Origin: Octopus sinensis
Lineage: Eukaryota
DNA length: 64,000 bases
NCBI RefSeq assembly: GCF_006345805.1
Contig: NC_043000.1
Coordinates: 79,670,001-79,734,000 of the forward strand
Direction of reading: 5' to 3'
Part shown: positions 23,463 through 37,800 of the stretch, piece by piece
Numbering within the stretch: the stretch's first letter is position 1
Layout of the letters: every line of letters begins with the position of its first letter
Position numbers and translations under genes: made by a program
Notes under the pieces: generated by a model
Databases searched by the model: none
What the model saw: only the letters and a program-made list of their open reading frames with translations
Told to the model about the DNA's origin: nothing

Positions 23463-25275
23463 TATTTCCAACTTTTATTTATAACATGCTTCTATTGAAT
23501 AAACAAAAGTAACTAATAATATGGCAGCAGTCTTCTAGCAATTTGCTCAGAATTATTATAATGTGTTACTATAATGTGACAACTTTTAATCCAGCAAAAT
23601 GTATAATCTGGCATGGGACTGAAGCTAAGGATGCCAGGAAGTTGGGGATGTATCTGTAATATTAAGTTATTTTTAAATAACAATTATATCTTACACAGAA
23701 TAAATTCAATTAAGTTTAACCCACTCCAGTACATGACTGGTACTTATTAACCCCTAGAACAATGAAAGGCAGAGTTAACTTCAGCAGGATCTAAACTCAA
23801 AACAAGAAGAGACACAACTGACTTTTCACCATCTTAACCTTTTAAGTATTCAGATTATTTTGTCAAACGATATGTTTTATTTATTCACGTAGTTTTGTAT
23901 TAATAATGCATTACCTTCAAGATTTGAGATTTTGATGGTGTGATTCTTTGATTTTAGAATGACTTCCTAGGATTGGAGTGAGAAGCCAGATTTGGCCAGT
24001 TTGAACATAAAACAAGTAGAATATTTGGGCTGGATATGGCTGGTTTAAATGCTAAGGAGTCAATGATAATAATTTATTATATAGGCTCAAAGCCAGAAAT
24101 TTAATGAGGGAACAGAGCTGATTAAGTCAGCTCAGTACTTGACTGGTACTTTTATTTTACTGATCCAGAAATGATGAAAGGCAAACTTAACCTCAATGGT
24201 ATCTGATCCTTGAATGTAAAACACTGTGACCAAATACAGGCTGTGGCAGAAAGGTTGCCCCGATCTCAAAGGTTAATAAAAGACAAACACATGAAGATGC
24301 ATGAAAAACTTTGTATTTCAATGAAGGTCATTAAATGCCATTAATTTTCCATTACAGGTAGAACCCACCATGGCCTGGAGTGGAGAGCATCGTTTTTTCT
24401 TGTATCTTCATGTGTTTGTTTTTTATTAATCTTTGAAAAAAAAAAAAAAAAAAATAATATTTTCTACTATAGACACAAGGCCAGAAATTTTGGCTTAACT
24501 GGAAATTATTTAATCAATTCTGAAAGGATGAAAGGTAAAGTTGACCTTTGTGGACATTGAACTCAGAATGTAAAGTCACTAAGCATTTTGTCTGTTGTGC
24601 CAATGATTCTATTAGCTTACCACCTAAATAATAAAAATAGTCTTCTCTGCTATAGGCAAAAGGCCTGAAATTTTGTGGGAGTGTCTAAGTCAATTACACC
24701 GACTGCAGTGCTCAACTGATACTTATTTTACCGATCCCAAAAGGATGAAAGGCAAAGTTGGCCTTGGCAGAACTTGAACCAAGAATGTAAGGGAGAACGA
24801 AATGCTGTTAGGCATTTTTCCTGGCATGCTGACAATTCTACCAGCTCACCGCCTTCTTAACAACAACAACAACAACAGCCGCCACCACCACCACCACCAT
24901 CATCATCATAACAGTTACTCCTGTCAATTTTGACATACGAATGTTTGAAGGAACAGATTGGAAAACATAAAAACAAGGATAGAAAAAAATACTGCATGTA
25001 TTTGCGATGAATACATGAATGTAATTTGAGTCCAGTTATGGATTTTGCTATGGAATCACAATAGACATAATGATGATTTTAATTTTGCATAATGTATGCT
25101 TGTGTGTATGTGGAGAAGAAGCCTGGATGACTGACTCATACACCCAAAATAATCTCAAAATATGTTTGTTTGCTGACACCCAGAGACTTTGACAAAACAG
25201 ATTAATCATCTAGGTTGGCTCTCAACTGTTTGTGCCAATGTCCACCAGACAGATACGTGATATATAATGACATAC

Positions 25276-25443
25276 CTTTATTCTGTACATCGATCAGGGT
25301 TTCCTTCATCTGAATACTTCCAGTAGCAGGTTTATCCCTGATTATAATGTTACTGTTCTCCTCGGGAGTAGTTTTCTGGGAAATCCTCCATATACGTACA
25401 ATGAAATCTTGTCCACAACTTGCCAACAGAAGATCACCATTAT
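25276..25443 (-). CDS. ELP2: ELP2 exon 8 (DNGDLLLASCGQDFIVRIWRI...IDVQNK)
   Basis: Acceptor gtttag, donor gtatgt; LASCGQD..RIW motif; phase 1-1. Confidence 0.95.
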
Positions 25444-25893
25444 CTAAACATAAACAAACACAACATGCATTTATTACTATTAAATTATTAGACTTATATA
25501 TATATATATATTTTTTTTTTCTTATAATGTTTGTATTTATACAAATGGCGGTTAATTTGCTATAAAGCCATGAAGAAATAAGTAGTGGGCTGTCTTGTTC
25601 ATCTTAAAGAACTGAGAGCAAAGTCAAAGTCTCAAACTAATATGCCAGCCACTTTGTATAATAATCCTTTCTTATGTGAATTTGCCTTTTAAATCATTGG
25701 GTAAAGAAAAGTCTCGTAAGATATAAAGACATCAGAGCTAAAACAAAAGAAAAAAAAATGTTGTTAGACGTTCATACACTAAAACTATAGGAAAATCCAG
25801 AGTGTGTGTGTGTGTGAGAGAGAGAGAGGTGGGGAGAGAGTGCATGTACATGCGTGAGTTTATCCTGGCAGATACCATGGCAGCTATAAAAAA

Positions 25894-25947
<54 letters not shown>

Positions 25948-26600
25948 TTCAGCAAACAATTTAGATTCAAATGAATATGGTACTTAATTTAGATGCACCA
26001 GAATTTTTTTATGGTATTACCCATAAAAATATGCGGGGTGATTATAATCAAAAATAAGCAACAAGAATAGATCCGGTAATTTAGTACAATTGTTTCATAC
26101 TATAACATTTTATTAAAGCTGTAAATATTACAGCAGATATATGTCAAGCAATCTTCAGCTAATTTCATATAGGTTTTCTAATAATATAAAGTTCTCAAAT
26201 CAATTAGTAATATCCTAGAGAAGGTAAATATACCGATAAAGCTGTAGATATGAATTTCAGGAACATGAAGTAGGATGCCACACAGACCAAAATTAAGTTC
26301 ACAACTAACTGTTGTAAGAAAAATTTCCTTAGTTATAAGAATGGTAGTAAGGACAGGTTAAAGAATCAAGTTAGTTGAAGAAAAGAAGGGGAAAAAAATT
26401 TAGGAGATGTAAAAAGACAAAACAGATTGACACTAGAATAAAGGGTCAATCTATTTCTGTGGTGACAGAAGATTTAGGTCAGTGTGGGAGGAACACTAAA
26501 TTCTTAAGAGACTGTGAAGCTGACCATATACATATATATATTTATATGTATATATATATATACACACACACACATTTGTGTGTATGTATGCAAACATACA

Positions 26601-26768
26601 TAGAGTGGGCCAAAAGTCATGCACCAAACCATCTGACATTTCATTTATATTATATTATTAATTTTGTTCATCATGGACAAGAATTCAACTTTTTAACAAA
26701 TGAAGCATGTCTTTGGCAATTCCAGAGCGTATTGAACTTATTTTGTTCATGACTTTTGGGACACCCTG
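26601..26768. mobile_element. Tc1/mariner-type MITE
   Basis: TIRs tagagtgggccaaaagtcatg / catgacttttgggacaccctg followed by TA. Confidence 0.75.
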
Positions 26769-28320
26769 TACACATACATATTTGTGTGTGTGTGTGTGTT
26801 CATGTGAGTGTGTTTCATGAGATAGCCCTAATTACATCACATGACGAAATGCTTCTGCACCAAGTGGTCTAATTTCCTACCCATGGGGGATTGATGCAAG
26901 ATGTGTTGAAAAGATCACTGTAAGCAATATAGTTTCCTGTGCGTTGCATTTTCTGTCTCTATCATTTGTTTTATACTCAACGTACAGAGGAATTCCCAGG
27001 TAGCCATAGACAGTGAACGTGTTTTATCAGCATATCACTAGGAACATACCCAACACTATTTTATATATATATATATATATATATAAACACACACACACAT
27101 CATTTTTTTATTTCTCAGCTGAGGAAGAGCATACTAGAGTTTTGAAGGATCTTCAAGCCTGATGTGAATAATTGAGTAAGTTGCTCTCACAGACATCGTT
27201 CAACTTATGTGCCACCACACAGCTTCTGAATACCAAATTTCCTTTATAGTGGGTTCACTACATAGCTATGCCTGAGTACAAATGCTTCAAATATAAATCA
27301 AGTACAGACTAATATATTTCATCAACATTACCATCACCATCATCAACAATTAATGTTGGTTTTTCCATGCTGGCATGAGTCGGACGGCTCGACAGGAACG
27401 GCAAGGCCAGGGACAGCTCCAGGTTCCATAAACTGTTTGGCTTGGTTTCCACAGCTGGATGGCCTTCCTAACACTAGCCACTTTACAGAGTACTGAGTGC
27501 TTTTTACATGGTACCAGCACCCACACTAATATATAGCACCTTGGTTTTAAGATCTCAATTCTGTTGTGGTGGGAAGGTCTTCTTGAGTATTTAATGAAGT
27601 AAAGTCACCTCTAGTTTTTTTAACCGTTAAAATTACAGCATCATCATAGTTTTGATGTTCCCTTTTCCATGCACATAGGGGTTGAACTGAATTTGTTGAG
27701 GCAGATTTTCTTACAGTTCCAGCTGCCGACCCTCATCTATTTCCAAGTAAGGTAATATTTCCTCATGACCAGACGTCTTTTACAGAAAATTGGAAATGAA
27801 GGATACCACTTGCATGATGGCGACATTAGCTTACAACTATCATGTGATGTCAAAGCAAGGAAATAGTAAAATATACACACATATATACATACGTACAACA
27901 GGCTTCTTTCAGTTTCCATCTAACAAATCTACTCACAAGGCTTTTGTAGGCCCAGAACTTAGAGAAGACATCTGCCCAAGGTGACATGTAGTGGGAATGA
28001 ACCTGAAACCAAGTGGTTGAGAAGCAAACTTCTTACTACACAGCCATGCCTGCATCAATAATGAAGGGAAAAACCCTTAGTTTGATTGATAATTCTTATA
28101 AAAAAACAAACAAGGAAAGTAACTCCAAAATTTGAATGTAAGGATATACTGAGTTGTGGCTCTGATTTTTGGTAAATATTGAGGCAACTCAGGACGTTTC
28201 TGTCATTAGCAAGACAAGTACTCACATAGATGACTGTAGGAAATAAAGAATTTTTTTTCTTTTGGGAAAAAACATTTGACAGTTTAAAATAATAACATGT
28301 GGCAATTTCCCAGTGCTTAC

Positions 28321-28387
28321 CTTCAACACAGAAATCAACACCGGACACCCAGTCATCATGGCCAGACAGAGACACAGCAGATACAAA
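28321..28387 (-). CDS. ELP2: ELP2 exon 7 (FVSAVSLSGHDDWVSGVDFCVE)
   Basis: Acceptor attccag, donor gtaagc; GHDDWV motif. Confidence 0.95.
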
Positions 28388-28865
28388 CTGGAATAAGGAG
28401 GGAAAATAGAGTAGAACATGTGGGGGAAAATAGGAAGTTATTGTTGAGAGAAACTGTATGAAATTTATTGTGGAAGCGATACACTGCAACTTATGTGTGT
28501 TGGAGGAAACAGACTGGAATACGTTACTGGGGAAAGAGAATGACTTTTTATACAGACAAGATTAGGATTTAAAAACTGTATTGGTGGCTCTTTTCTAAAC
28601 AGTTACACTTATATCAGTCACCTAAGTTGACAAGCAGGTTCTGCTAAATATTTTATGGTTGAATGGTTAGCAAAGCATGCTTTGTTAATTTGCGGTACAG
28701 AATTCAATTGTTTCAGTGGATTATTGGAATCATTTGAAAGAAGTTCTTACAATATAGCACTGTCTCAATCACTTCCACCATCATCATAACTGCCACTAAA
28801 GGCAGCAGATTTGATAGAAATAAACCTAAATCATTAATCTATCTAATGTAGTTATATATACATAC

Positions 28866-28930
28866 CTGACCTTGCTGCAAGACATAGAGGTTCACTTTCT
28901 GATTATCACAGCCACAAGCAAGGATCACAC
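28866..28930 (-). CDS. ELP2: ELP2 exon 6 (GVILACGCDNQKVNLYVLQQGQ)
   Basis: Acceptor atttcag, donor gtatgt; ILACG.D motif; phase 1 to 0. Confidence 0.93.
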
Positions 28931-29064
28931 CTGAAATTTGAAGAACAAATCACCATCATCAACACCACCATCACTGTCGTCATCTACAAACATCACCATA
29001 TCCCATTCTTACACCTTAGCTTCTCCAATCACAGACAACACCCACAAAAACACTCAAAGTCACC

Positions 29065-31790
29065 ATCATCATCGTTTAATGTCCATTTTTCCATGCTGGC
29101 CAGCGGCAAAGCTGATCTGGCAAAGCGTTTAGAGCTGGATGCCCTTCTGACAGTGTAGCGGGTGCTTTCTATGTGCCACTGGCACAAGAGCCAGTCAGGC
29201 GGGCCTGGTATCGATCATGTTTGGATAGTACTTTTTATGTACCACTGGCACAGGAGCCTGTCAGGCGGACCTGGCATCGACCACATTCGGATGGTGCTTT
29301 TTACATGTCACCAGCACAGGAGCCAGTCAGAAGGCACTGGCCACAGCTACGATATTGGTTTTACTTGAGTCAACAGGTCTTCTCAAGCATACCATATCGC
29401 ACAACGCATCAGGGGTACTCTTAACTGGGCCGGACATGCATGGCTGCGATCTCACTTTAGTTTCCAGGTCATCTCAATCACAGCATATCTCCAAAGGTCC
29501 CAGTCTCCTGTCATTGCTTCTGTGAGGCCCAATGTTCGAAGGTCATGCTTCACCACCGCATACCATGTCTTCCTGGGTTTACTCTTCCACAGGTTCCTTC
29601 TACAGTTAGGGAATGGCACTTCCTCATCCATACGTAACACATGACCATATCAGTACAGTCAGTCATCTCTCTTGCACACCACATTTGATGCTTCTTATGC
29701 TCAACTTTTCTCTCAGGATGCTTGCACTCTGTTGTGTATGCACAGTGACATAACACATCCAGTGGATCTTACTAGCTTCATTTCTTTCAAGCCTACGCAT
29801 GTCCTCAGCAGTCATGGTCCATGTTTCACTGCCATGTAGCATGGCAGTTTGCAACATACATCATACAGTCTACCATTTATTCTGAGCAAGAAGCCCTTAG
29901 TTGCCAGCAGAGGTAGGAGCTCTCTGAACTTTGCCCAGGCTATTCTTATTCTAGCCGTACACTCTCAGAGCAACCACCCCCATGACAGACTTGGTCACCC
30001 AGGTAGCAGAAGCTATTAACTACTTCTAGTTTCTTCCCCAGGCATGTGATGGAATCTGTTTTCTGTACATCTTTAGTGTTTATTGCCCGTGTGCATCAGC
30101 CACACACAAAAACTATTTTCCCAGTTAACCTTCCTTTGATATTGCTACACCTTTTATGTGTCTATAGCTTATACCAGGTACATCATATGGAGTTTCTACC
30201 CACACATTTTCTACAGATCGAGCAGAGACATCCACTTGAAGGGGATTGTAGTTTGACAGCCTTCCTACTTACTAAGACTTTGGTTTTTGGTAGGTTCACC
30301 CTAAGGTTGACCCCTTTGATTCTAGACCTTGCTTCCACACCCTAAACTTCGTCTCTAGTTCTGACAGTAACTCGGCTATTAGATCAAGGTCATCAGCATA
30401 GAGGAGTTCCCAGGAGCAGTCTGTCTTGAATTCCTCTGTTATTGCCCGGAGGACTATAATGAATAGGAGGGGGCTAAGGACTGATCCTTGGTGAAACCCT
30501 ACTTCTACTCGGAATTCTTCACTATGCTCATTGCAAACCCTCACCTTACTGGCATCATCCCTGTCCAGAACTTGCACAGCTCTTACCAACCACTTGTCTG
30601 TCTCCAGTTTCCACATTGACCACCAGATAAGGTATTGGGGGACCCTGTCAAAGGCTTTCTCCAAGTAAACAAAAGCCAGGTGGAGAGGTTTATCTTTGGG
30701 TAGATATTTCTCCTGCAGTTACCTTACCAGAAATATAGCATCAGTGGTGCTTCTGCTTGGTACAAACCCAAACTGCATCTTATCTAGGCTAACTCTTACC
30801 CTAATTAGTTGGGCTTTGACCCATTCCATGACTTTCATCACCTGATCCAATAATTTGATACCCCTATAATTATTTCTATCTAAAGTATCACCTTTACCCT
30901 TGTAGTAGTTGACTATGGTGCTGCTACACTAGTCATTGGGTATGAATCCTTCATGAATTAACTGATTTACAATGAGGGGGACAAAGACCATAACCCACAC
31001 TGTCCAATATTTTAAGTATCTCAGCGGTGATACCTGATGGGCCAGGTGCTTTCCTTGCCTTCATATCTTTAATTGCTTTATCTGCCAGGGTACTGTTGAT
31101 TTGGGTAGCTGGTCCCACAATTGGATCAACCTTTAGCAGACTCTACTCCTCACATTCATTCTCCATATTCAGCAGTCTTTCATAATGGCATCTCTAAGCC
31201 TCTTTCTTTGCAGAATCATTAAAAGCAAGGGCACCATCATCCATGCGAACACATTTCTCTCCTATGACATCATGGTTTTCTCTCACACATTGTCTTGCAA
31301 TCTGAAATACTTCAGTTCTTTGGTCCTCACATTGCTGAACATTTGGTAAACTTCTTTTCTGCTACTCCCTTGGCTATATACACCTTCTCCTAGCTTCCCT
31401 TTTGGCTATCTAACACATTCTCCTGCTACCCCAACTCTTCCAGGCCTTCCAAGCCTTTTTCTTTGTTCTAATGGCTCTGTCTACAGTATTGTTCCACCAC
31501 CATGTTACCTGAGGTCTGGAAGGGACTTTGCATCAGCCATAGATTTGGTCTGTGGCACTCAGCAAGCTGTCTCGCAGGAATTTCCAGCTGCCTTCTATGT
31601 CACAGGACTGTAGCTCCTCCTCTCTAACATCAAATTTCTCGGTAAGGATATCCCTAAATTTCTGACCATGTGAAGGGTTCTCAAACTTCCAACTCCTTCA
31701 GGTATCAAAGTCATTGATCTTCCTTGATGGTTAGACCCACATACAACAGACCAAAAACTATCCCATTCGCTAGTTTTCCTCTTCAGGGGC
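29065..31790 (-). mobile_element. Decayed 5-prime-truncated RTE copy (E3), sense in ELP2 intron 5
   Basis: Fragments MEKAFDRVP, GFHQGSVLSPLLF, LLYADDL, LHGSETW, KTWYAVVKHDL; the same 3-prime UTR and CAT tail. Confidence 0.9.
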
Positions 31791-32321
31791 CACTGTTTGT
31801 AACTCTCAGCAAAGTTCAAGTGAATTCCACAATGAAATGCTACACTTACATCTGGCTAGTACTATGCTGTTAATGCCAGACGCAGTGACAAAACATATGC
31901 ATCTGGGACAATGTTGCTATAGCTGTTGTGGTTGCTTCATACGTAAAAAATCCAAAAGGGCTTTGATTTTCTGCAATTCTTTTCTCACCTACAGTTTTCC
32001 TGCACCAACTCAATGCAAACGTCAACATATCAGTCTCAGCAATCATGTTGGACCTCCACCACCACCATCAACAACATATTGTCATCACTAATATCACTAT
32101 TATCACCATTACCAAAGTCATAATTAACATCACCACCGACACAGTCATTACTATCATTAACATTTTAACAACACTTTTAGACTTTGTAACTAATGTTAAA
32201 GATAAACCTCAATGAAATTCTGAGAAAGTTGACAGAATATTTACATATATTTTGATGTTTGGATAATTGTGATGCTTTAATTTTAAATCAAATACAGAAA
32301 AGAATAATGTCCATAACTTAC

Positions 32322-32402
32322 CTGAAGAATTTTCAGGTGAAACCAGAGCCACATCAAGGGCAAACCCAGTATTCAATGGTATCGTTTGGATGTCATGAAA
32401 TT
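32322..32402 (-). CDS. ELP2: ELP2 exon 5 (EFHDIQTIPLNTGFALDVALVSPENSS)
   Basis: Acceptor tggtcag, donor gtaagt; GFAL motif; phase 1-1. Confidence 0.92.
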
Positions 32403-32559
32403 CTGACCAGAAAGGGTAAAGAGAAAAACATAAATATACACATTTATCTATCCATATACATATATCTATCTGTATGCATGCCTGCATACACACACACACA
32501 CACACACACAAAGTTAAGGAGTTATTAGCATTGTAGTTAATAATAATCTTTTCTTACAG

Positions 32560-32960
32560 AGTGACGGGTAGGTTGTTTGTATTAGAACTATGATGCTACA
32601 TGGTAGCAAGATGCGGGCAATGAGTGTAGAAGACATATGAAGGCTAAAAAGAAATGAAGTCAGCATGTTCCCATGGAAATATAATGTTAGTGAGCATGAA
32701 TATCAAAGTATAGATGAGCACAGAGCAAGACTGGGTATAAGAATTAGGTATAGTGTGCAAGAGAGGAGGCTGTGCTGGTATGAACATGTAATGTGTATGG
32801 AAGAGGACTTCTACATAAGGAAGTTAGTCAAACATGTGAAAGAAAGAGAACATGAAAGACTTGAAACAAGAGGTGAAAGATGATCTGATGATGTTGCATC
32901 AAACAGAAGAAATGACAAAGGACTGCAAAATTGCAGAAGATCTCTGCCCATGACAAGACA
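32560..32960 (+). mobile_element. Old RTE C-terminal fragment, ELP2 intron 4
   Basis: YSVQERRLCWYEHVMCMEED matches the RTE C-terminal motif. Confidence 0.7.
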
Positions 32961-34861
32961 TGCTCAGTTACAAAAGTTAGTGTTTAGAAATCATGACAAG
33001 CTTGCATCCTGCCAAACCTACTTAGCTGCTCCTTCACTTCCCTCATGTATACCTATGGCTTACTTGACTCCCGCCCCCATCACTTCCATCTTTTCCTCAC
33101 TCATAGCCCACCTTCTGTCAACTCACCATCATCCACTTCATTTTACTTTGACCTCTTTGCCATTCTCTCAGCTTGCATATATGAGGTTGTATTGGACTGC
33201 CCTCATCTCCTTACCCAATACAATCTAGCTTCACCTTGTTGTACTACCAGTCAGCATTATCACTCACCTGGATCAAATCTATTGCCAGCCAACACCTTCT
33301 CTTGCTTTTTATCTCATCGACTCTTACCTTTGATCACTTCTCTCCTGACATCACCCTCAAATATCACTGCCTTTTCACATTATATTCTTGTTCTTTCCAC
33401 ATTTTTACCCATCTGCTCTATCTCAGGTCTTGTTCCCTTTCTCTCATATACTCCACCCCCTCCGGCCACCTCTAAGGTCACCCGAGCAAATGTAAATGCA
33501 CTAATGAATATTCTCTACACTCACACTCATATCTCTACCTCTCAACCACCCATTTCTGCTGTTATTATTCTCCTATTCTGCTCCTCAGTTTACAGACTTT
33601 ATGTCACTGAATACTATGGTGTTAGTGCGACAAGAAAATACACCCAGTACATTGCGTAAAGTGGTTGGTGATAGGAAGGGCATCCATCTAGAAAAACCAA
33701 GAGCAAATGAAATATACAAGTGACAGACTTTTACTGAGTTATAGCTCCCAAAAGAAACAGCTCAGACCATGACGACTCATCTAACCCATGACAGGATGGA
33801 AAACATGTAAATTGATGATGATGATACAAGTGCTTGTGAAACACTCAGCCACTTACATGCTAACTGAATGAGCAGGTAATTCAGTTAATCAAACAAGTGA
33901 ATACTCATCATTAAAACTGATAGTGAGCCATTTACTTTTTACCTGAGAATTTCAAACAGACACCTACCCAGTATCTTTCTCATACATCTTAATGGAGCTA
34001 TGTTACAATCCCTTCTTGCTAAGGTAACAAGAAATTACCTCCTTGGCTTTTCTCTTTATTTCCATATGTTGTTGATACAACAGGAAATCAGTTTCTAGAT
34101 TTCATAGTCAACTACAAACTTTACTAAATTAGATATGTATACATAAACACACACTACAGAAATACAGTGACAAACTCAAAATACAACCATGAGGTATTTG
34201 TATGCTTAATTGTAAGGAGGAAAGTATACAATTACTTAATAACTTGGGAGATATATTAGGAATATAGGCAACATGATAAAGTAAGAAAGACTGATTAAAA
34301 CATGTCTAGAAGAGGAAAACATCTGAAGAATGAGGAAACAGGTATAAATAACACACCTATACCAAATAAAAATGAATGAATACAAAAGAACAAGCTGGAA
34401 AGAGAATGAAAGGAGCTGATAGAGGACAATACGGTCCCTGTATATAATCTGATGGAACTGAAGGGATGTTAGATATAAGGCTGAGGTTTATTTTATTCAC
34501 AAATAATTGGTCACAACAGTGTGAATCAATTTGAGTAACTTGGTTAAAACTAAACATAGGACCATGTTACAGTTTATTGCATTTGATAAGAATAAAAGTG
34601 AAAATAATACTTCAACTTAGTACTATACAACATAGAAACTTGCATCAGTTTCAAAGTGTTGCCACTGCTTGCAGTAATGACCCATTTCATATATTATAGT
34701 ATCTACTTACAGATAAAAGGGATTTGGCTATGGAGAGTCAATGATGCTAGTGACTCAATATGAAAATAGTCTCCTTCAGGTAGAATATTAATATTCTAAG
34801 AACATCTGTGGCTCACCTAAACAATCAGAATGATGCAAAAGATATAGAGACAGGTGCTTAC

Positions 34862-35045
34862 CTTCAGAATTAAACCGGTGCCAAATTTTAATGGTAGAAT
34901 CTACAGATGAGGTTACAATGAGGTTATGGATTGAAGGAGATTCAGTTACTTCAGATTTTGGTTCAAAATCCAAATCTTCAATTTCTATATTATCCAAAGT
35001 TGTAATAGCACCATCGTGCCCAGCCAGAATTTGGGAACGCTGGAA
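34862..35045 (-). CDS. ELP2: ELP2 exon 4 (FQRSQILAGHDGAITTL...SSVDSTIKIWHRFNSE)
   Basis: Acceptor atttcag, donor gtaagc; complete WD40 repeat; 184 nt. Confidence 0.95.
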
Positions 35046-35779
35046 CTGAAATGTAAGTATGTTGAATGCTAAATATTTAATGTGGCTAAGGATAAATGAG
35101 AGTGCATAGCTGAAACATGCAGATAGTATTTTTAGAATTAAAGACTGTTGTTGATGTATAACCTTAAGTTGGCTCCAAATAAGCAGGCCAATGATTAAAA
35201 ATATTCGAATCATGAACAATCTGTCACTTGTTTTCAAAATACTAAGCCTATACTATATTATTCACTGTCTTTTCAGGACAATAGGGTTTGTTTGGGGGAT
35301 TTGGATGCTATTTCTAGCAGGTCAACTAACCAAATAAAAAGCTCCATTTACTGAGAGAGAAAAGATGAGGGTAGATAAAAGAAAACTTTGTGGTAAGATA
35401 GCTAGATGAAACAACAGATGTCTTGAATACATAGAAATGAGTGACGAATGATGAAAAAATTGACAACAACAATGCTGGTCATCATCATCATGATTTAGTA
35501 ACAAGAAAAATTTTTAAATAAATATTAATAAAAATAAATTCAAAAAACATAGGAAATTTAAACCTGCACAAAAGACAGAATTATATGAATTTTCATTCAG
35601 AGAGTGAAAAATGAAAGCAGATGATAAAAAGGTAATATATATGCAAATATATTTTCATTAATATTAATAAGAATTGACAGAGAAAAAATTCTATAGCAGG
35701 AAAGAAACTGGAACAATAAAATTCTAATCTCGGTCTATCTGTAAAGTTTTATTTCATTTATATTAAAATATGACAGACA

Positions 35780-37750
35780 GACTATTGACTAAAATATAAA
35801 TGAAGTGGAGGCGAAATTATCTATGGAAATGGTCTAAGGGAGATAACTCGTATAGCTTATCTTGAGTTAAAAATAACTGGGAACGCCACAACACATGCAA
35901 TATTACTACGATAAATAGAGGATGAGATTTACGGCAGCAAAGTTCACAATGGAGTGGCAACGGATTGAAGTTGGTATTGCAGCTGGGAGCAATCAGTTAT
36001 CTTATTTGTGCTAGTCATGGAGATGTTACTACGATCAACAAACTGTGAGAAAGTAGAGAAGCAGCAGATGGAACGTTAGAGCGGTTGGACGAACTAATAG
36101 GATGGGCGAGAATGAAATTCAAAGCCAAAAAATCTCGAAGCATGGCTTTCGCGAAAGGAGTTCAAAAAGAAGTGAAATTCAGGACAGGAGGTGAAGATAT
36201 ACCAACAGTGAAAGAAAACTAGTAAAGAGTCTCAGCAGATGGTACAGAAATTTACTAAATGATAAGAAACACATGATTTCGTGGAACAGAGTCTAAAGGC
36301 AGTTGACAGAACATTACTGGGGAAATTCAAATGTTGGATACTGCAATTTGGACTGTACCTAACGATAATGTGGCCATTGTAAATGTACGAAATAGCCTCG
36401 AGTAAAGTAGAAAGAATAGAACAAATATGCAGTGTGTTATCAGAAAATGGCTTCGTCTTCCCAAACCACTGAATACAACTGCACTATATGGAAAACCAAT
36501 GCTGCAACTACCGATAACATCAATCGCCGAAGAATATAAGGCAGGAAAGGCAAGGACAGTAATGATACTAAGGTATTCGAAAGATCAGAACATCTGAAAA
36601 AAACCTCCAAAGATATGAACAGGGAGGAAATGGAAAGTGGAAGAGGCAGTAAACAGGGTGATCAGAAAGCTAAGGCATGCTGATATAGTTGGAGCAATGC
36701 AAGAAGCAAGAGCCAGTCTAGGGTTGCACAATTTCAAACCATTTTGCATGAGCAATGTAAAAGAGATGAAAGATATTCGAGATTGGGTTTATAACAGTAC
36801 ACAACGTGAGAAAGGAGGAAAGAAGAAATATAGTCAACAGGGACAGTGCCTGAGATGGGAGGAATATGTCAGTCACAGAATTTCACTGAAGGAACTTTGG
36901 GCTTGGGAACAAGCAAGTACATCCTTCCTGATCATGTCTGGTGGAACATACAAACAACTAATGAATATAGATGAGGAGAGAAAGCGACAGTGAGACATGT
37001 TCTGTCAAACTGCAGGCTAGCACTAGACAGATATACATTGCATCACAATCAAGTCCTCGGTATCATAAGCACAGTACTGAAGGAGAAAACTGAGGGATGT
37101 AATAGAGGAGAGTACCCAAAAGTGGAAAAGTATGGAAGGATATACTTCCAGGAGGGAAAAGGACATAAGGCCAAGCCTTCAAATAAAGTATCCAAGACAG
37201 ACGAAAGATGGAAGGGATACTGGGAGCTGACAGTGGATTTGGAAAGACTGTTAATATTTCCACTCATAAAAACAACAAAAAGACCGGACTTAATCCTATG
37301 GAACACAGAATGTAAAATTGGATTTTGCTGGAGCTGACAGTGCCATGGGAAAAGAATATTGCTAATGCAGAACAATGGAAGGAGAAGAGGTATGAGAGAT
37401 TAATTGAAGAGTGTGGAGAACAGGGATGGACTGTCACGTATTACCACCTGGCAGTGGGGGCTAGAGGCTTCATTGAAAGGAAAATGATGATGTTATTTAA
37501 AAGAAGGTTTGCATTCTCGGGCTTAGAACTGAGAAAAGTAATAAGGAGGATATAGGTGGCAGTCGATAAAGTCAGCTTCTATATACGGCTGAAACGAGAA
37601 AACCCAAAATGGCTTTGAAGCCATAACATGCCAACTGGGAAATAGCGTCGCTAGGTGAGGCTGGCTGACATTTAAGCACTCAACACCAGAGCTGAAAATG
37701 GACATGGTTCCTCCTGATGATGTCTTTAGCCACTGGATCCTATAAATAAG
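35780..37750 (+). mobile_element. Decayed non-LTR retrotransposon with RLE nuclease, HERO-like (R2 superfamily), ELP2 intron 3
   Basis: RT remnants EWQRIEVGIAAG, WARMKFKAKKSRS, WLRLPKPLNTTALYG; RHVLSNC...RYTLHHNQVL zinc-knuckle half; RPDLILW and ELTVPWE...KEKRYERL nuclease motifs. Many stops and frameshifts. Confidence 0.8.
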
Positions 37751-37800
37751 TTATATGAAATGTGGTTGCAATTCCTCCTTTCCAACGTGTAACAAAGCTC

